Shown: in pieces, positions 55,352 through 64,000 of the stretch
How positions within the stretch are numbered: the stretch's first letter is position 1
Layout: each line of letters opens with the position of its first letter
From: an uncultured virus (IMG/VR IMGVR_UViG_3300020603_000009)
Lineage: Duplodnaviria > Heunggongvirae > Uroviricota > Caudoviricetes
IMG/VR virus record: IMGVR_UViG_3300020603_000009
Direction: 5' to 3' (one strand)
DNA length: 64,000 nucleotides
Notes under the pieces: generated by a model
What the model was told of the DNA's origin: nothing
The model's database searches: none
Seen by the model: only the letters and a program-made list of their open reading frames with translations
Program-made: the position numbers and the translations under genes

Positions 55352-56778
55352 TATTTATCAACCCTAAATTTAAATGATTCTTTTGCTTCATAAAACGAAC
55401 CATTATATTCGAAACCAAATGATAACTTATAAGCGTAGCCCGGTTCAAATAAATTCATATCAAGATCAAAATAGTTTCCTTCACTATCATAGGAAGTTAG
55501 AGTGTGCTTATATGTTCCCGTACCATATGAAATAACTTCATAGTTATCAGCCAATCTAATGATCTTATAATATAAATTTTCTATATTTGTTTTTTCTGAT
55601 TCATATGCGGCAATATGATAAATATTGGAATCCCACATTTTATTTTTTATTTCAACTCTCATTTTAGAGAACTCAGAATTTCTATAACTTTGTCTTAATT
55701 GTGGCATCGACAAAATATATTCCGGAACTTGGCTATCATCCGAACCGTCATATGTATTTGTATATATTACTGAACCAGTATATAATTGATTGCCACTAAG
55801 ATTTGACCAAACATCATAAATGTGTTCATAATTTCCGCTCAATCCAACAGAAGCAGTATAAACTCCAGTTGAATAATATCCACCAGTTATAACTGTAGCC
55901 GAACCATTTAATAAAGCTAAAGGAATACCTGTTGGACCACTTGTTATTGTTCCAGTATATAAACTAACTAATAATGTTCCAGTTCCAACAGAAGGAATGT
56001 TTTTAAGTTGTCCTCTAACACTGTTAACTAAAAATAATGTATTTAAATTATCTTGTGATGACAACAAATCGCTACTTAAATAAAAATTATTTCTCTTATC
56101 TTTAATTGCCGAATTACTTCGAACTTCTATCCAAGGTTTTTTATAAAAAAATTCACTTCTTCTGGCAAAAAACTTTTTAACATAATAAGATTCTGTGTCT
56201 CCCTCAAGCAACGAGGAGAGCGATATTAAGAAGCCGTTATTTGGAATTGAATTAGATATCCAATTTTCTACAAAATTAGTTATATCAACTTCTAAGTCGT
56301 CAGTTGAGTTTTCTATTAAATACTCTAAAGAAGAACTATAAGTATCTCCACCTTGATTTACCCAAGCTGATGTTGAAGAAGCACTAATCCAATTTGCCGC
56401 TCCAATATCAGTATAACCTTCCATATCTAAGCCAATACCTTCTTGCCAAGTTCCGGAAACAGCAGCAATCGCAACAGTTATATTATCTGGAGTGGGATCG
56501 CTGTGTGAAGCATTGCTTAGTTTTAATATAAATTGACAACTTCCACTTGCGGCAATTATTTTATTATTTCTATCCGAAACTATATCTGATATTGGAAACT
56601 GAACCAATGCTCTTGCTTTTTCATAAGAACTACTCGTTATTTGGCCATATATAGAAAATATTTCTAAAGTGTCAGAAGCTCCCATATTTGAAAGGGTGCC
56701 TCGACTTGTCTGATTCTGCTTATAGGCATCAGTTATAGTTGTATCTTTTTCTGCTATGTATCTTTTAATAGACATCAA
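55351..56778 (-). CDS. Baseplate-associated protein with a beta-sandwich domain
   Basis: KDTTI, RALVQF, DITNFVENW...NNGFLI pattern; lies between wedge genes. Confidence 0.55.
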   Translation of the reverse strand: MMSIKRYIAEKDTTITDAYKQNQTSRGTLSNMGASDTLEIFSIYGQITSSSYEKARALVQFPISDIVSDRNNKIIAASGSCQFILKLSNASHSDPTPDNITVAIAAVSGTWQEGIGLDMEGYTDIGAANWISASSTSAWVNQGGDTYSSSLEYLIENSTDDLEVDITNFVENWISNSIPNNGFLISLSSLLEGDTESYYVKKFFARRSEFFYKKPWIEVRSNSAIKDKRNNFYLSSDLLSSQDNLNTLFLVNSVRGQLKNIPSVGTGTLLVSLYTGTITSGPTGIPLALLNGSATVITGGYYSTGVYTASVGLSGNYEHIYDVWSNLSGNQLYTGSVIYTNTYDGSDDSQVPEYILSMPQLRQSYRNSEFSKMRVEIKNKMWDSNIYHIAAYESEKTNIENLYYKIIRLADNYEVISYGTGTYKHTLTSYDSEGNYFDLDMNLFEPGYAYKLSFGFEYNGSFYEAKESFKFRVDK

Positions 56779-58577
56779 CTAATTTCTCCATATATATCAG
56801 AATTTAAAAATCTTATTTCAAATATAACATTTTTTGGCGCTTCTATGTATCTTCCGTCTCTAGACATAAATCTGTTTACATCAAAAAATACATCAGAGTA
56901 ATTTAAGCCATTTTTTTGTTCTACTTTAACATTTTTGACATCGTTTACGCCTTGAACATTTTTTAATATAGTGTAAACATCACTTATAAAGAATGCTTCC
57001 CCAATAAATTTTGTTTTAGAATATTCTCTTTGAAGAGCAGAAATACAATCTCTTAAAACTTGAGAATTGTCTGCTTCTAAATCTGAAACAACACTAAATT
57101 TAATTGATAAATTAACAATTTTAGCGTCCAAAATATCAATTGTATCATTTATCATCTTGTTTTTATTGAGCCAAACTTTTATGTTTTCTTTAATAGATTG
57201 ATTGCTGTTTGTTAGTGTGCCAGCTGAATCTTCTGATACAACATAAATATTTATATTTCTTTTAAAAGAATCATAATCTCTAACTATTGAAGATCTTTTT
57301 ATGCTGCCAAATTCCGGTGGCATATTATAAATGAGTGCTTCATAATCTTTTTCCGTTACGGCTCTATTCTGAGAACCAAAGGTATTATAAACTCTAAATT
57401 TAAGTTCTTCTGAATTTATAAGTGGAGTATCACCGACTATTGGCTCTTCGTTATTTACTTCAAGCGAAGCACGAACAGAGTTTATTTTTGTTGTATCAAG
57501 ACTTCTTGCGTCTCCAAAATCAAACAAAGCACTGCCAACAGAAACTAAAGTCCCAGCTCCAGTATTAACGTTATCTGAATTGTTTGCGCGAGCAATAATC
57601 CTTAAAGTGGTATTAGATGGAACAACGCCGAGTTTATCTGATCTTATAAGATTATTTGGATCAAAGTCTCGATCTGAGATGTAGTTTTTTCCATATATTT
57701 CCAACGAAACTGCTGATGGATCAATTAATTCAGAATTATAAGTTTCACCTGTGGCATCGCCAGTTCCAAATTGTAAAAATGTTTTATTTTTTTCTCTTAC
57801 AGTTATAAATCTTCTTGGAACGGAAAATGGTTTTAATATACTTTTAACTTCTGTATTACTATCATTATTATCTCTATTCAATATAGAGCGATAAACGATA
57901 TCTTGACTTAAATAATCAACTTCATAATATTCATTACCATCTAAGTCGACAACTGATACTATTTCAGTTAGATAATCAATATTTACGGGTATTTTTAAAA
58001 ATCTTTGATATTCGCCAACATCATAGAATACTTGCGTTAAATATCCCGATTGAACTCTTCCGTGTGCTTTTACAGCATAAGTTAATGGCAAACCGGTTGT
58101 TTCGTTTACTGTACCAACAACAACTTCGTTATCTGCTCTATTGAAATAAACATCATCTATAAGAGAAAAAGAAGTGCCAGTTCTATTTTTAAATACGCTA
58201 TTCTTTTTTAAAATTGGCAGATAATTTTCGTCTGGGGCATTACCAGCGGCATTTGCTGGAACTAAAATAAAAAATGTTGCTACACCATGGGAAGATGGGT
58301 TTTCTGTATATTTAAATCCAAAAGGTTTTGATAGTTTAAGAATATTATCAAATTCGGATGCTGTATCTAAAAAAGTTTCATTAGCCGTATAATCTAGATA
58401 AAAAGATAAATTATCGCCCACATATGAAACTGTATCAAGCATCAAGCTTCCAAATCCAACTTCACTAAAATCCTTATAAGTATCGGGATAATATTTTTTC
58501 GCATGCTCAACGAGAGCATCTTTTATAGATTGGAAATCTCTAGCCAAATAATCAATTGGTATGTTTTTCTTGGGCAT
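56775..58577 (-). CDS. Baseplate wedge subunit (T4 gp6 / baseplate J-like)
   Basis: IDYLARDFQSIK..L, LSFYLD...NETFLDTA, QNRAVTEKDY. Confidence 0.85.
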   Translation of the reverse strand: MPKKNIPIDYLARDFQSIKDALVEHAKKYYPDTYKDFSEVGFGSLMLDTVSYVGDNLSFYLDYTANETFLDTASEFDNILKLSKPFGFKYTENPSSHGVATFFILVPANAAGNAPDENYLPILKKNSVFKNRTGTSFSLIDDVYFNRADNEVVVGTVNETTGLPLTYAVKAHGRVQSGYLTQVFYDVGEYQRFLKIPVNIDYLTEIVSVVDLDGNEYYEVDYLSQDIVYRSILNRDNNDSNTEVKSILKPFSVPRRFITVREKNKTFLQFGTGDATGETYNSELIDPSAVSLEIYGKNYISDRDFDPNNLIRSDKLGVVPSNTTLRIIARANNSDNVNTGAGTLVSVGSALFDFGDARSLDTTKINSVRASLEVNNEEPIVGDTPLINSEELKFRVYNTFGSQNRAVTEKDYEALIYNMPPEFGSIKRSSIVRDYDSFKRNINIYVVSEDSAGTLTNSNQSIKENIKVWLNKNKMINDTIDILDAKIVNLSIKFSVVSDLEADNSQVLRDCISALQREYSKTKFIGEAFFISDVYTILKNVQGVNDVKNVKVEQKNGLNYSDVFFDVNRFMSRDGRYIEAPKNVIFEIRFLNSDIYGEIS

Positions 58578-58605
58578 TAAAAAATCCTCTATTATAAATA
58601 GAACT

Positions 58606-58995
58606 TCATGAAGTTATAATATTACCATTTGATTCTATGGTTAAATTTACACTATCCCCGAGAGGTATTATAAAATAAGTTATTACAACACTCAGCAAGG
58701 AACCATCTATATTGGTATTTCCATAATCTATATTTCGTATGCTTATATAAGGAGCATATACTTGAATTTGATTTCTAAGTCTTTGTTCGAAATTTGTTTT
58801 CAATATAGGACTATAATTTTCAAATAGCAATCTTCTTACTCCAACTCCAAAATTGCTATCCATTATTCTTTCACCTGGATTTGTCAATAGGAGCATCAAG
58901 AAGTTTTGTTTGCTTAATGTTTTTAAATCAGAAATTAAAGTGTAGCCTTGTTCTGTTCCGAGTTTTAAAGGTAATTTTGGTCCATATCCAGCCAT
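58606..58995 (-). CDS. Baseplate gp25-like protein (sheath initiator)
   Basis: QNFLMLLLTNPGERIMDSNFGVGVRRLLFE. Confidence 0.9.
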   Translation of the reverse strand: MAGYGPKLPLKLGTEQGYTLISDLKTLSKQNFLMLLLTNPGERIMDSNFGVGVRRLLFENYSPILKTNFEQRLRNQIQVYAPYISIRNIDYGNTNIDGSLLSVVITYFIIPLGDSVNLTIESNGNIITS

Positions 58996-59018
58996 ATATT
59001 ATTTTCCTACAATAATTA

Positions 59019-62000
59019 TCACACTCCATATTTTTTATAGCCAGATAAATCAATACAATAATTTCTTAACTCTTCTTTGATTTTTTCATTTTCTATGTTT
59101 ATATCTAGATTGTCTGAAAATTCTAGCGAAAGAAGCAATAAATCCGCCCCAAGTAAAACCATGCCTGGTATTGTTAGTGGCGGTCCAACACCTATACCTG
59201 CTGGTGGAATACCAAAAAGAGTTATTGGTAATTGCGCCAAAGAATATATTGCTAGTGGACTTAATTCTAGCGGCAATTCTGATGGAACCGTTGGGCCACC
59301 AAAAGGATTTGGTATTTGAGAAGCAACACTCAAAGATAACTTAACAGCATTTCTTATTAACAAAGCCAAACTTATATTTGGATCCGTCATTTGACAATAA
59401 TATTGAAGAACATATATCGCGGCCTTTAAAGATATTTTTGGAATAGCATCCGCATTAAAGTCTTTAAAGTATTGAGGACTAGACATTTTTTCAAATAAAT
59501 CCATCAAATCGTTTTCATTATAAATTGATAACATTTTTGTAAAAATATTATTTATTATTAATTTTCTCGTAGTTCTAAAGGAGCCAACAATTTTATCATC
59601 AGAAAGTATTTGTGCGCTTGATAATATTGTTAAATTAGAAAGTAAATTTTCATTTGTAAATATTGAATAAAATTGTTTTAATTTTTCATTACAAGAAATT
59701 TTTGTTTTTAATAAATTCGTAAGAATATTTGATTCACCTCTTTGTAATGTTGGTATTAACACTAGCATATCAGAAGCGGTATTGATACCAGCAAGACTTA
59801 GCGATTGTTCTTCTTTTATTATTGGGAAAGCATTAATAACACCAAATTTTCTTTGTCCCTCTCTCAATTGTGGACCCATAAATGGAATAGCATAAGTTTT
59901 ATCATATCCATTGTTAATGGCATCTATCGTTAGGTTATTCATCCAAAATCTATTTTTTCGCTCACTATAAAGCGAATTGAGATTTTCAGTTATTAATCCT
60001 CTGCCTTCTCTCTCATTTAAATTAAAATCAAAATTTATTGATGTTTCTGGTTTCAATTCCGTATCTGGAATGTATACCATTCTCATTCTATAAGTTAAAT
60101 CTTGATTAAAATAAGAATTTAATTCATTATTATTTGGAATAAATTCTAATAACTTTTTAAATTGACTAAATGTTTGCGCGCCAAAGCAATTAAATTGATC
60201 TTGTCTTGCGACTAAATTAAAAAATTCAGATTTAACATGCGGGACATTAATATAATGTTCTATTATTAAATTTGTTCCTGGCTTGTATTTCTTTTCTTGT
60301 TGTTCTATAAAGTTATCTACTGTGGTATTGTCTGTTGTTATTTCTTTTAAATCAGACTTAATTAAAAGTTCCGGTATCAATATAGATAAGAAATCTTTTT
60401 CTTGTAAATTTTGATCTATATCGGCACATTTACCATCAAGTTCTATTTTGACTTTTTCATTAGTCGAAGTGAGATAAGAAAGCTTATCAAACATTACTAT
60501 TAATTCGTTGTAAGCTATGTTTCTTATTTGTAATAATAATATTTGTTTATATTTATTTTTTATTTCAGAACTTAAACAAGCGATATAATTATCTATCTTT
60601 TTCTTGTAATCTTGATTAGATGTTTTATTTGTTTCTGTATATAATTTTCCTAGATAAGAATTAATAATTTTTCTATCTTCTTCTAAACTAGTAATTTCTG
60701 TTTTTAGTCTTTTTATTTTTCTAAATAATTTATTATTTTCTTGCTTATCTAATTCATCTGAAAATATAAAATCATGTATATAATTTACATGTTTTTCTGT
60801 TAATTCTACTAAGCTTGATTTATTTGATAAATTAGATATATAAACTATTTCGTTATATACTGTTTCAGCTATGTATGTTGGCAGCATTAAATCGTCGATT
60901 AATTTTCTATTATATCCAAACACTCTTAGTGGAAATAATGTTCTTAAAGATATTTCAGCGCACGCTGTTCGAACAAGAGATAAAAACATGCCATCTATCA
61001 AAGAAAACTTTAATAAATTATCTTTATCTTTTAAGATATCTTGTAAATCGCTTAAGTTTGTTAAATCACTACTTCTTTGATCCATTATATCAGAAATGAA
61101 TTCTTTTAATTCAATTTCTCCAAATAATCCTGGATCTACTTTTGATTCTTTTTGCTGTTTTGTTGGCTTGGGACAAAAATTAATATATTTTAATGGTGTA
61201 TCAATATTCGGACTAACTATTGGCGGTAAAGAATTTCCTTGTAAAGCTTGAGATAATCCTGGAAATATTGTATCCAACCCATTCTTCATACCAGTAATGT
61301 ATTTTTCTTTTTGTAAAGAATCTAAATTAATTGGCTTTAATAATCCGTCTTCCGATATTGCTTTAGTTATTTTTTGATATATTGAAGATAAAAATTTATC
61401 ATAAGAATCACTAGCATATTGTTCAAATTCTCTGTCGAATATTGATCGATCTAATAATGAACCTTGAGAGGTATAAAGAAAATTTAAATTTCCAGTTATT
61501 GAATTTTTTAACATAGTTTTAAATTCTTCTCTAGAATTTAAAATATCTTCATACAAAGAATTTGTATCTATGTTTTGATTATCAACTTCAAAAGAAAACT
61601 TAATATCTTCTTGTGTTTGTGAGTTTCCTTGATAAATTGTTATATTATTTTCATTATTAGAAATAACACTTTGTATTTTCCAGCTGCTCCCGGACATCGA
61701 AAGACTCATTTCTTTTTCTGATAGACTTGAGAAACCCCTTGAGCCAGTTAAAGTTATATTTAATCTTTCCGGAGTGCTATTAATTGATAAGCTATCTGAA
61801 GAGCCGTAAAAACTGTCAGAGAACAAAGCTCCATATACGAATTTTGTTTCCTCAATCTCTATTGGATCCGGTGCTCCACCCTCTACATAACCACCTTTGT
61901 TTACTAGATCTTTATATTCAGAGTTTTCATATTGTTCTGAATTTCCATCTTGTTTTAAAAATTTTGGAACTTTTCTTTTAAATGGTTTTTTGGCTACAAG

Positions 62001-64000
62001 ATTAGAATAAAAATCATTACATCCAGTTTTAAATTTAGTAGAAATATCTTTTAAATTTGAATTTATAATGTCTGATTTGGCTTTTTCAACTGCTGGAATA
62101 TTATTTCCATTTGGTAATTTTCCAATAAGAAGTGGTTTAAATACTGAATCTTCTATTTTGTTTTTTAAAGTTTCCGGAGAGGCACTTAATAAATCTTGTA
62201 ATAAATTTCTATATGTATCGGTTGGCGATGGAACAATAGTATCTCCATCTGGTAGAGTGAACGGTTCGTCTCCCAAACCTCTATCGGTATCTAAAATAGG
62301 AGAAATTGGATCAAGACAAACAACATTTCTTGTGTTTAAAGAATTAGAAGTATAAAAAGTTGACATAGCAATTAATTCTTGTCTAACAGAATCTAATCCA
62401 GTTATATTTCCAAGATAAGTAAATATTCCAGATAAAGTTCCGGGAGTTAATAAATAAACTAATTCTTGTCTATTTTGTCTTATATGCTGTTCAACTTGTT
62501 TGATATCTTGTTCTGCTGGCTTATAAAACAATCTCATAAAAGCATCGGCAGACATTATTCTAGATAATTCTGATATTAATATTGTTAGAGATTGTTGTAT
62601 TTCTACTTCTGTAGTAGCAGAACTTTTTGCTACACTTAATACTTGTAAAGTTTTGCTTCTAGAAGAAATGTTTGCTTTTCCTATTCCCAAATCAGCATTT
62701 ATATCAAGTTGAGCGGTTTCTTGAATAGCAACTGGGTTTAGTGTTTTAGAAACATTTTTAAACGCTTTCTGATAGGCAACAGGGTCGATTTGTGGATTGC
62801 TGCTTACGAAGTCATCTAAATCAAATCTACCTCTTCCTAGTTGATTTAAAGCAGCAGCAGCGGCACCGGTAATACTTCCTTCTGCTTCACCTGTTAATGC
62901 TGCTCCTATTAAATTTTTTATTCCACCACAAGTCAATAATTCTTGTAATATTTTTACTATAAAAGCAACAATACCATCAAATATAATTTGAACAACTGCT
63001 AAATCTAAACTTAATTTTAATTCTTGAAATATATCTATTTCTGGTAGTTGCGGTAATTGTATCGTTCCAAACATCGGACTTATATTAAACAAATCAACAA
63101 TGCTACATAAAATTTCTGTATTTATTCCATATTTTGTTTCAACTAAATCTAAAAAGTCGTCGATAAATCTTAATTCATCTAAATCCATTTCTTTTCGTGC
63201 TTTTATTTTATCTAAAGCATTTTGTTGAGATGATTCTTGATTTAATTTTAAATCTTTATATTGTTTTAATTTAGATTCATATGTTTGCTGTAAACTACCG
63301 TCTATTTGAATATTTGAAGTAATTGTTCTATCAGCAATGTTGAGTGCTTCTCCGGGATCAGTTCTTTTGTCTAACTCAATAAAAACAATTCTTTTTCTTT
63401 CATTATTTTCAATTGCTCTTTCTAAATCTCTTATTTCTTTAAGAAGCTTTTTTTCTCTTTCATCTTTTAGGTTATCAATTTTAAATTGTTTAATGTCTTT
63501 ATATAATTCAACATAAAGACTTTCTGGAAATGCTCTGTTGAACATACTCTCAAGTTCAGAAAATCTAAAGCCTCTCAATATGTCTCTACAGTTTCCAATT
63601 TTTGGTAAAAAACAAGTTTGAAATTCTTTTAACAAACAAGATAAATTTGTTCTAGCAAATATAATATCTTGTAATCCACTTAAGCTCTGTCTGCCTGCTT
63701 GTTCTATTTGTGCCGATAATCCTCCGATTTTATCAATAATTTGTTGTATAGAATTTGGATCAGAAAAAGAATCTCTTTTTGCTTCATAAAGACCAAAAAA
63801 TCCATTATTTAATAATGCTTCTCTAAATAATTGATTTGAATTTGGATCTCTTATAAGTATAGCAGATGGAGTATCTGCGCTGGATTCATAATAATATTTA
63901 CTATTTTCGAAAATAAGATTTTCTGCTTTATTGCGACTTAATTTGGTTTCAATTGATTCATAAAAAGAAATAGCATCCGGATAATTGTTCGGTATAAAAT
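59019..64000 (-). CDS. Very large hypothetical protein; 5' end lies outside the window
   Basis: The frame of the 1538-aa ORF stays open from 63635 to the window edge (checked codon by codon); C-terminal Pro/Gly-rich hydrophobic segment. Confidence 0.75.
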   Translation of the reverse strand, partial: FIPNNYPDAISFYESIETKLSRNKAENLIFENSKYYYESSADTPSAILIRDPNSNQLFREALLNNGFFGLYEAKRDSFSDPNSIQQIIDKIGGLSAQIEQAGRQSLSGLQDIIFARTNLSCLLKEFQTCFLPKIGNCRDILRGFRFSELESMFNRAFPESLYVELYKDIKQFKIDNLKDEREKKLLKEIRDLERAIENNERKRIVFIELDKRTDPGEALNIADRTITSNIQIDGSLQQTYESKLKQYKDLKLNQESSQQNALDKIKARKEMDLDELRFIDDFLDLVETKYGINTEILCSIVDLFNISPMFGTIQLPQLPEIDIFQELKLSLDLAVVQIIFDGIVAFIVKILQELLTCGGIKNLIGAALTGEAEGSITGAAAAALNQLGRGRFDLDDFVSSNPQIDPVAYQKAFKNVSKTLNPVAIQETAQLDINADLGIGKANISSRSKTLQVLSVAKSSATTEVEIQQSLTILISELSRIMSADAFMRLFYKPAEQDIKQVEQHIRQNRQELVYLLTPGTLSGIFTYLGNITGLDSVRQELIAMSTFYTSNSLNTRNVVCLDPISPILDTDRGLGDEPFTLPDGDTIVPSPTDTYRNLLQDLLSASPETLKNKIEDSVFKPLLIGKLPNGNNIPAVEKAKSDIINSNLKDISTKFKTGCNDFYSNLVAKKPFKRKVPKFLKQDGNSEQYENSEYKDLVNKGGYVEGGAPDPIEIEETKFVYGALFSDSFYGSSDSLSINSTPERLNITLTGSRGFSSLSEKEMSLSMSGSSWKIQSVISNNENNITIYQGNSQTQEDIKFSFEVDNQNIDTNSLYEDILNSREEFKTMLKNSITGNLNFLYTSQGSLLDRSIFDREFEQYASDSYDKFLSSIYQKITKAISEDGLLKPINLDSLQKEKYITGMKNGLDTIFPGLSQALQGNSLPPIVSPNIDTPLKYINFCPKPTKQQKESKVDPGLFGEIELKEFISDIMDQRSSDLTNLSDLQDILKDKDNLLKFSLIDGMFLSLVRTACAEISLRTLFPLRVFGYNRKLIDDLMLPTYIAETVYNEIVYISNLSNKSSLVELTEKHVNYIHDFIFSDELDKQENNKLFRKIKRLKTEITSLEEDRKIINSYLGKLYTETNKTSNQDYKKKIDNYIACLSSEIKNKYKQILLLQIRNIAYNELIVMFDKLSYLTSTNEKVKIELDGKCADIDQNLQEKDFLSILIPELLIKSDLKEITTDNTTVDNFIEQQEKKYKPGTNLIIEHYINVPHVKSEFFNLVARQDQFNCFGAQTFSQFKKLLEFIPNNNELNSYFNQDLTYRMRMVYIPDTELKPETSINFDFNLNEREGRGLITENLNSLYSERKNRFWMNNLTIDAINNGYDKTYAIPFMGPQLREGQRKFGVINAFPIIKEEQSLSLAGINTASDMLVLIPTLQRGESNILTNLLKTKISCNEKLKQFYSIFTNENLLSNLTILSSAQILSDDKIVGSFRTTRKLIINNIFTKMLSIYNENDLMDLFEKMSSPQYFKDFNADAIPKISLKAAIYVLQYYCQMTDPNISLALLIRNAVKLSLSVASQIPNPFGGPTVPSELPLELSPLAIYSLAQLPITLFGIPPAGIGVGPPLTIPGMVLLGADLLLLSLEFSDNLDINIENEKIKEELRNYCIDLSGYKKYGV

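Noticed and set aside
3..62355. Plus-strand ORFs in the ORF track (for example 667..1215, 9025..9513, 11245..11778, 12803..13291, 13362..13943)
   Set aside because: They are antisense shadows of well-supported minus-strand genes, often kept open by repeats, and show no recognisable motifs.
1..64000. Alternative genetic code (stop-codon reassignment)
   Set aside because: Core genes are full length in the standard code, and TAA, TGA and TAG all end genes at sensible boundaries.
1..64000. tRNA or rRNA genes
   Set aside because: Intergenic gaps are short and none shows cloverleaf or T-loop signatures.

Overview
A 64-kb, AT-rich segment of a large T4-like (contractile-tailed, probably jumbo) bacteriophage genome. 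Essentially all genes lie on the minus strand in the standard genetic code. In transcription order (right to left) it contains: giant baseplate/virion proteins, gp25- and gp6-like baseplate genes, a RuvC-like resolvase, an insulated replication/recombination operon (DnaG-type primase, fused Mre11-Rad50/SbcDC), a holin/spanin-like membrane trio, an Hc1-like histone, large terminase, portal, several proteins sharing one N-terminal helix, prohead protease, a phage-encoded ribosomal protein bS21, three fibre genes, scaffold, major capsid protein, neck proteins, tail sheath, tail tube, a gp26/gp51-like chaperone pair joined by a probable frameshift, and the start of a probable tape measure gene. 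The most notable signals are: (i) a set of short shared docking-like modules (a foldon-like C-terminal domain on both the neck protein and a coiled-coil fibre, an MFFYxEP N-terminus on two adhesion-domain genes, an MKxT/SxxxLxxIIxEE leader on head-region proteins, and repeated FxDSFExxxxW strands); (ii) a late-promoter-like motif CTATTTA, the reverse complement of the T4 late promoter core, often inside hairpins; (iii) a sigma70 promoter predicting a leaderless primase mRNA; (iv) a split, order-swapped baseplate paralogue; and (v) apparent [ST]-[GAS]-[ST] enrichment in exposed virion proteins. All product calls come from motif recognition and synteny by eye; no searches were run.
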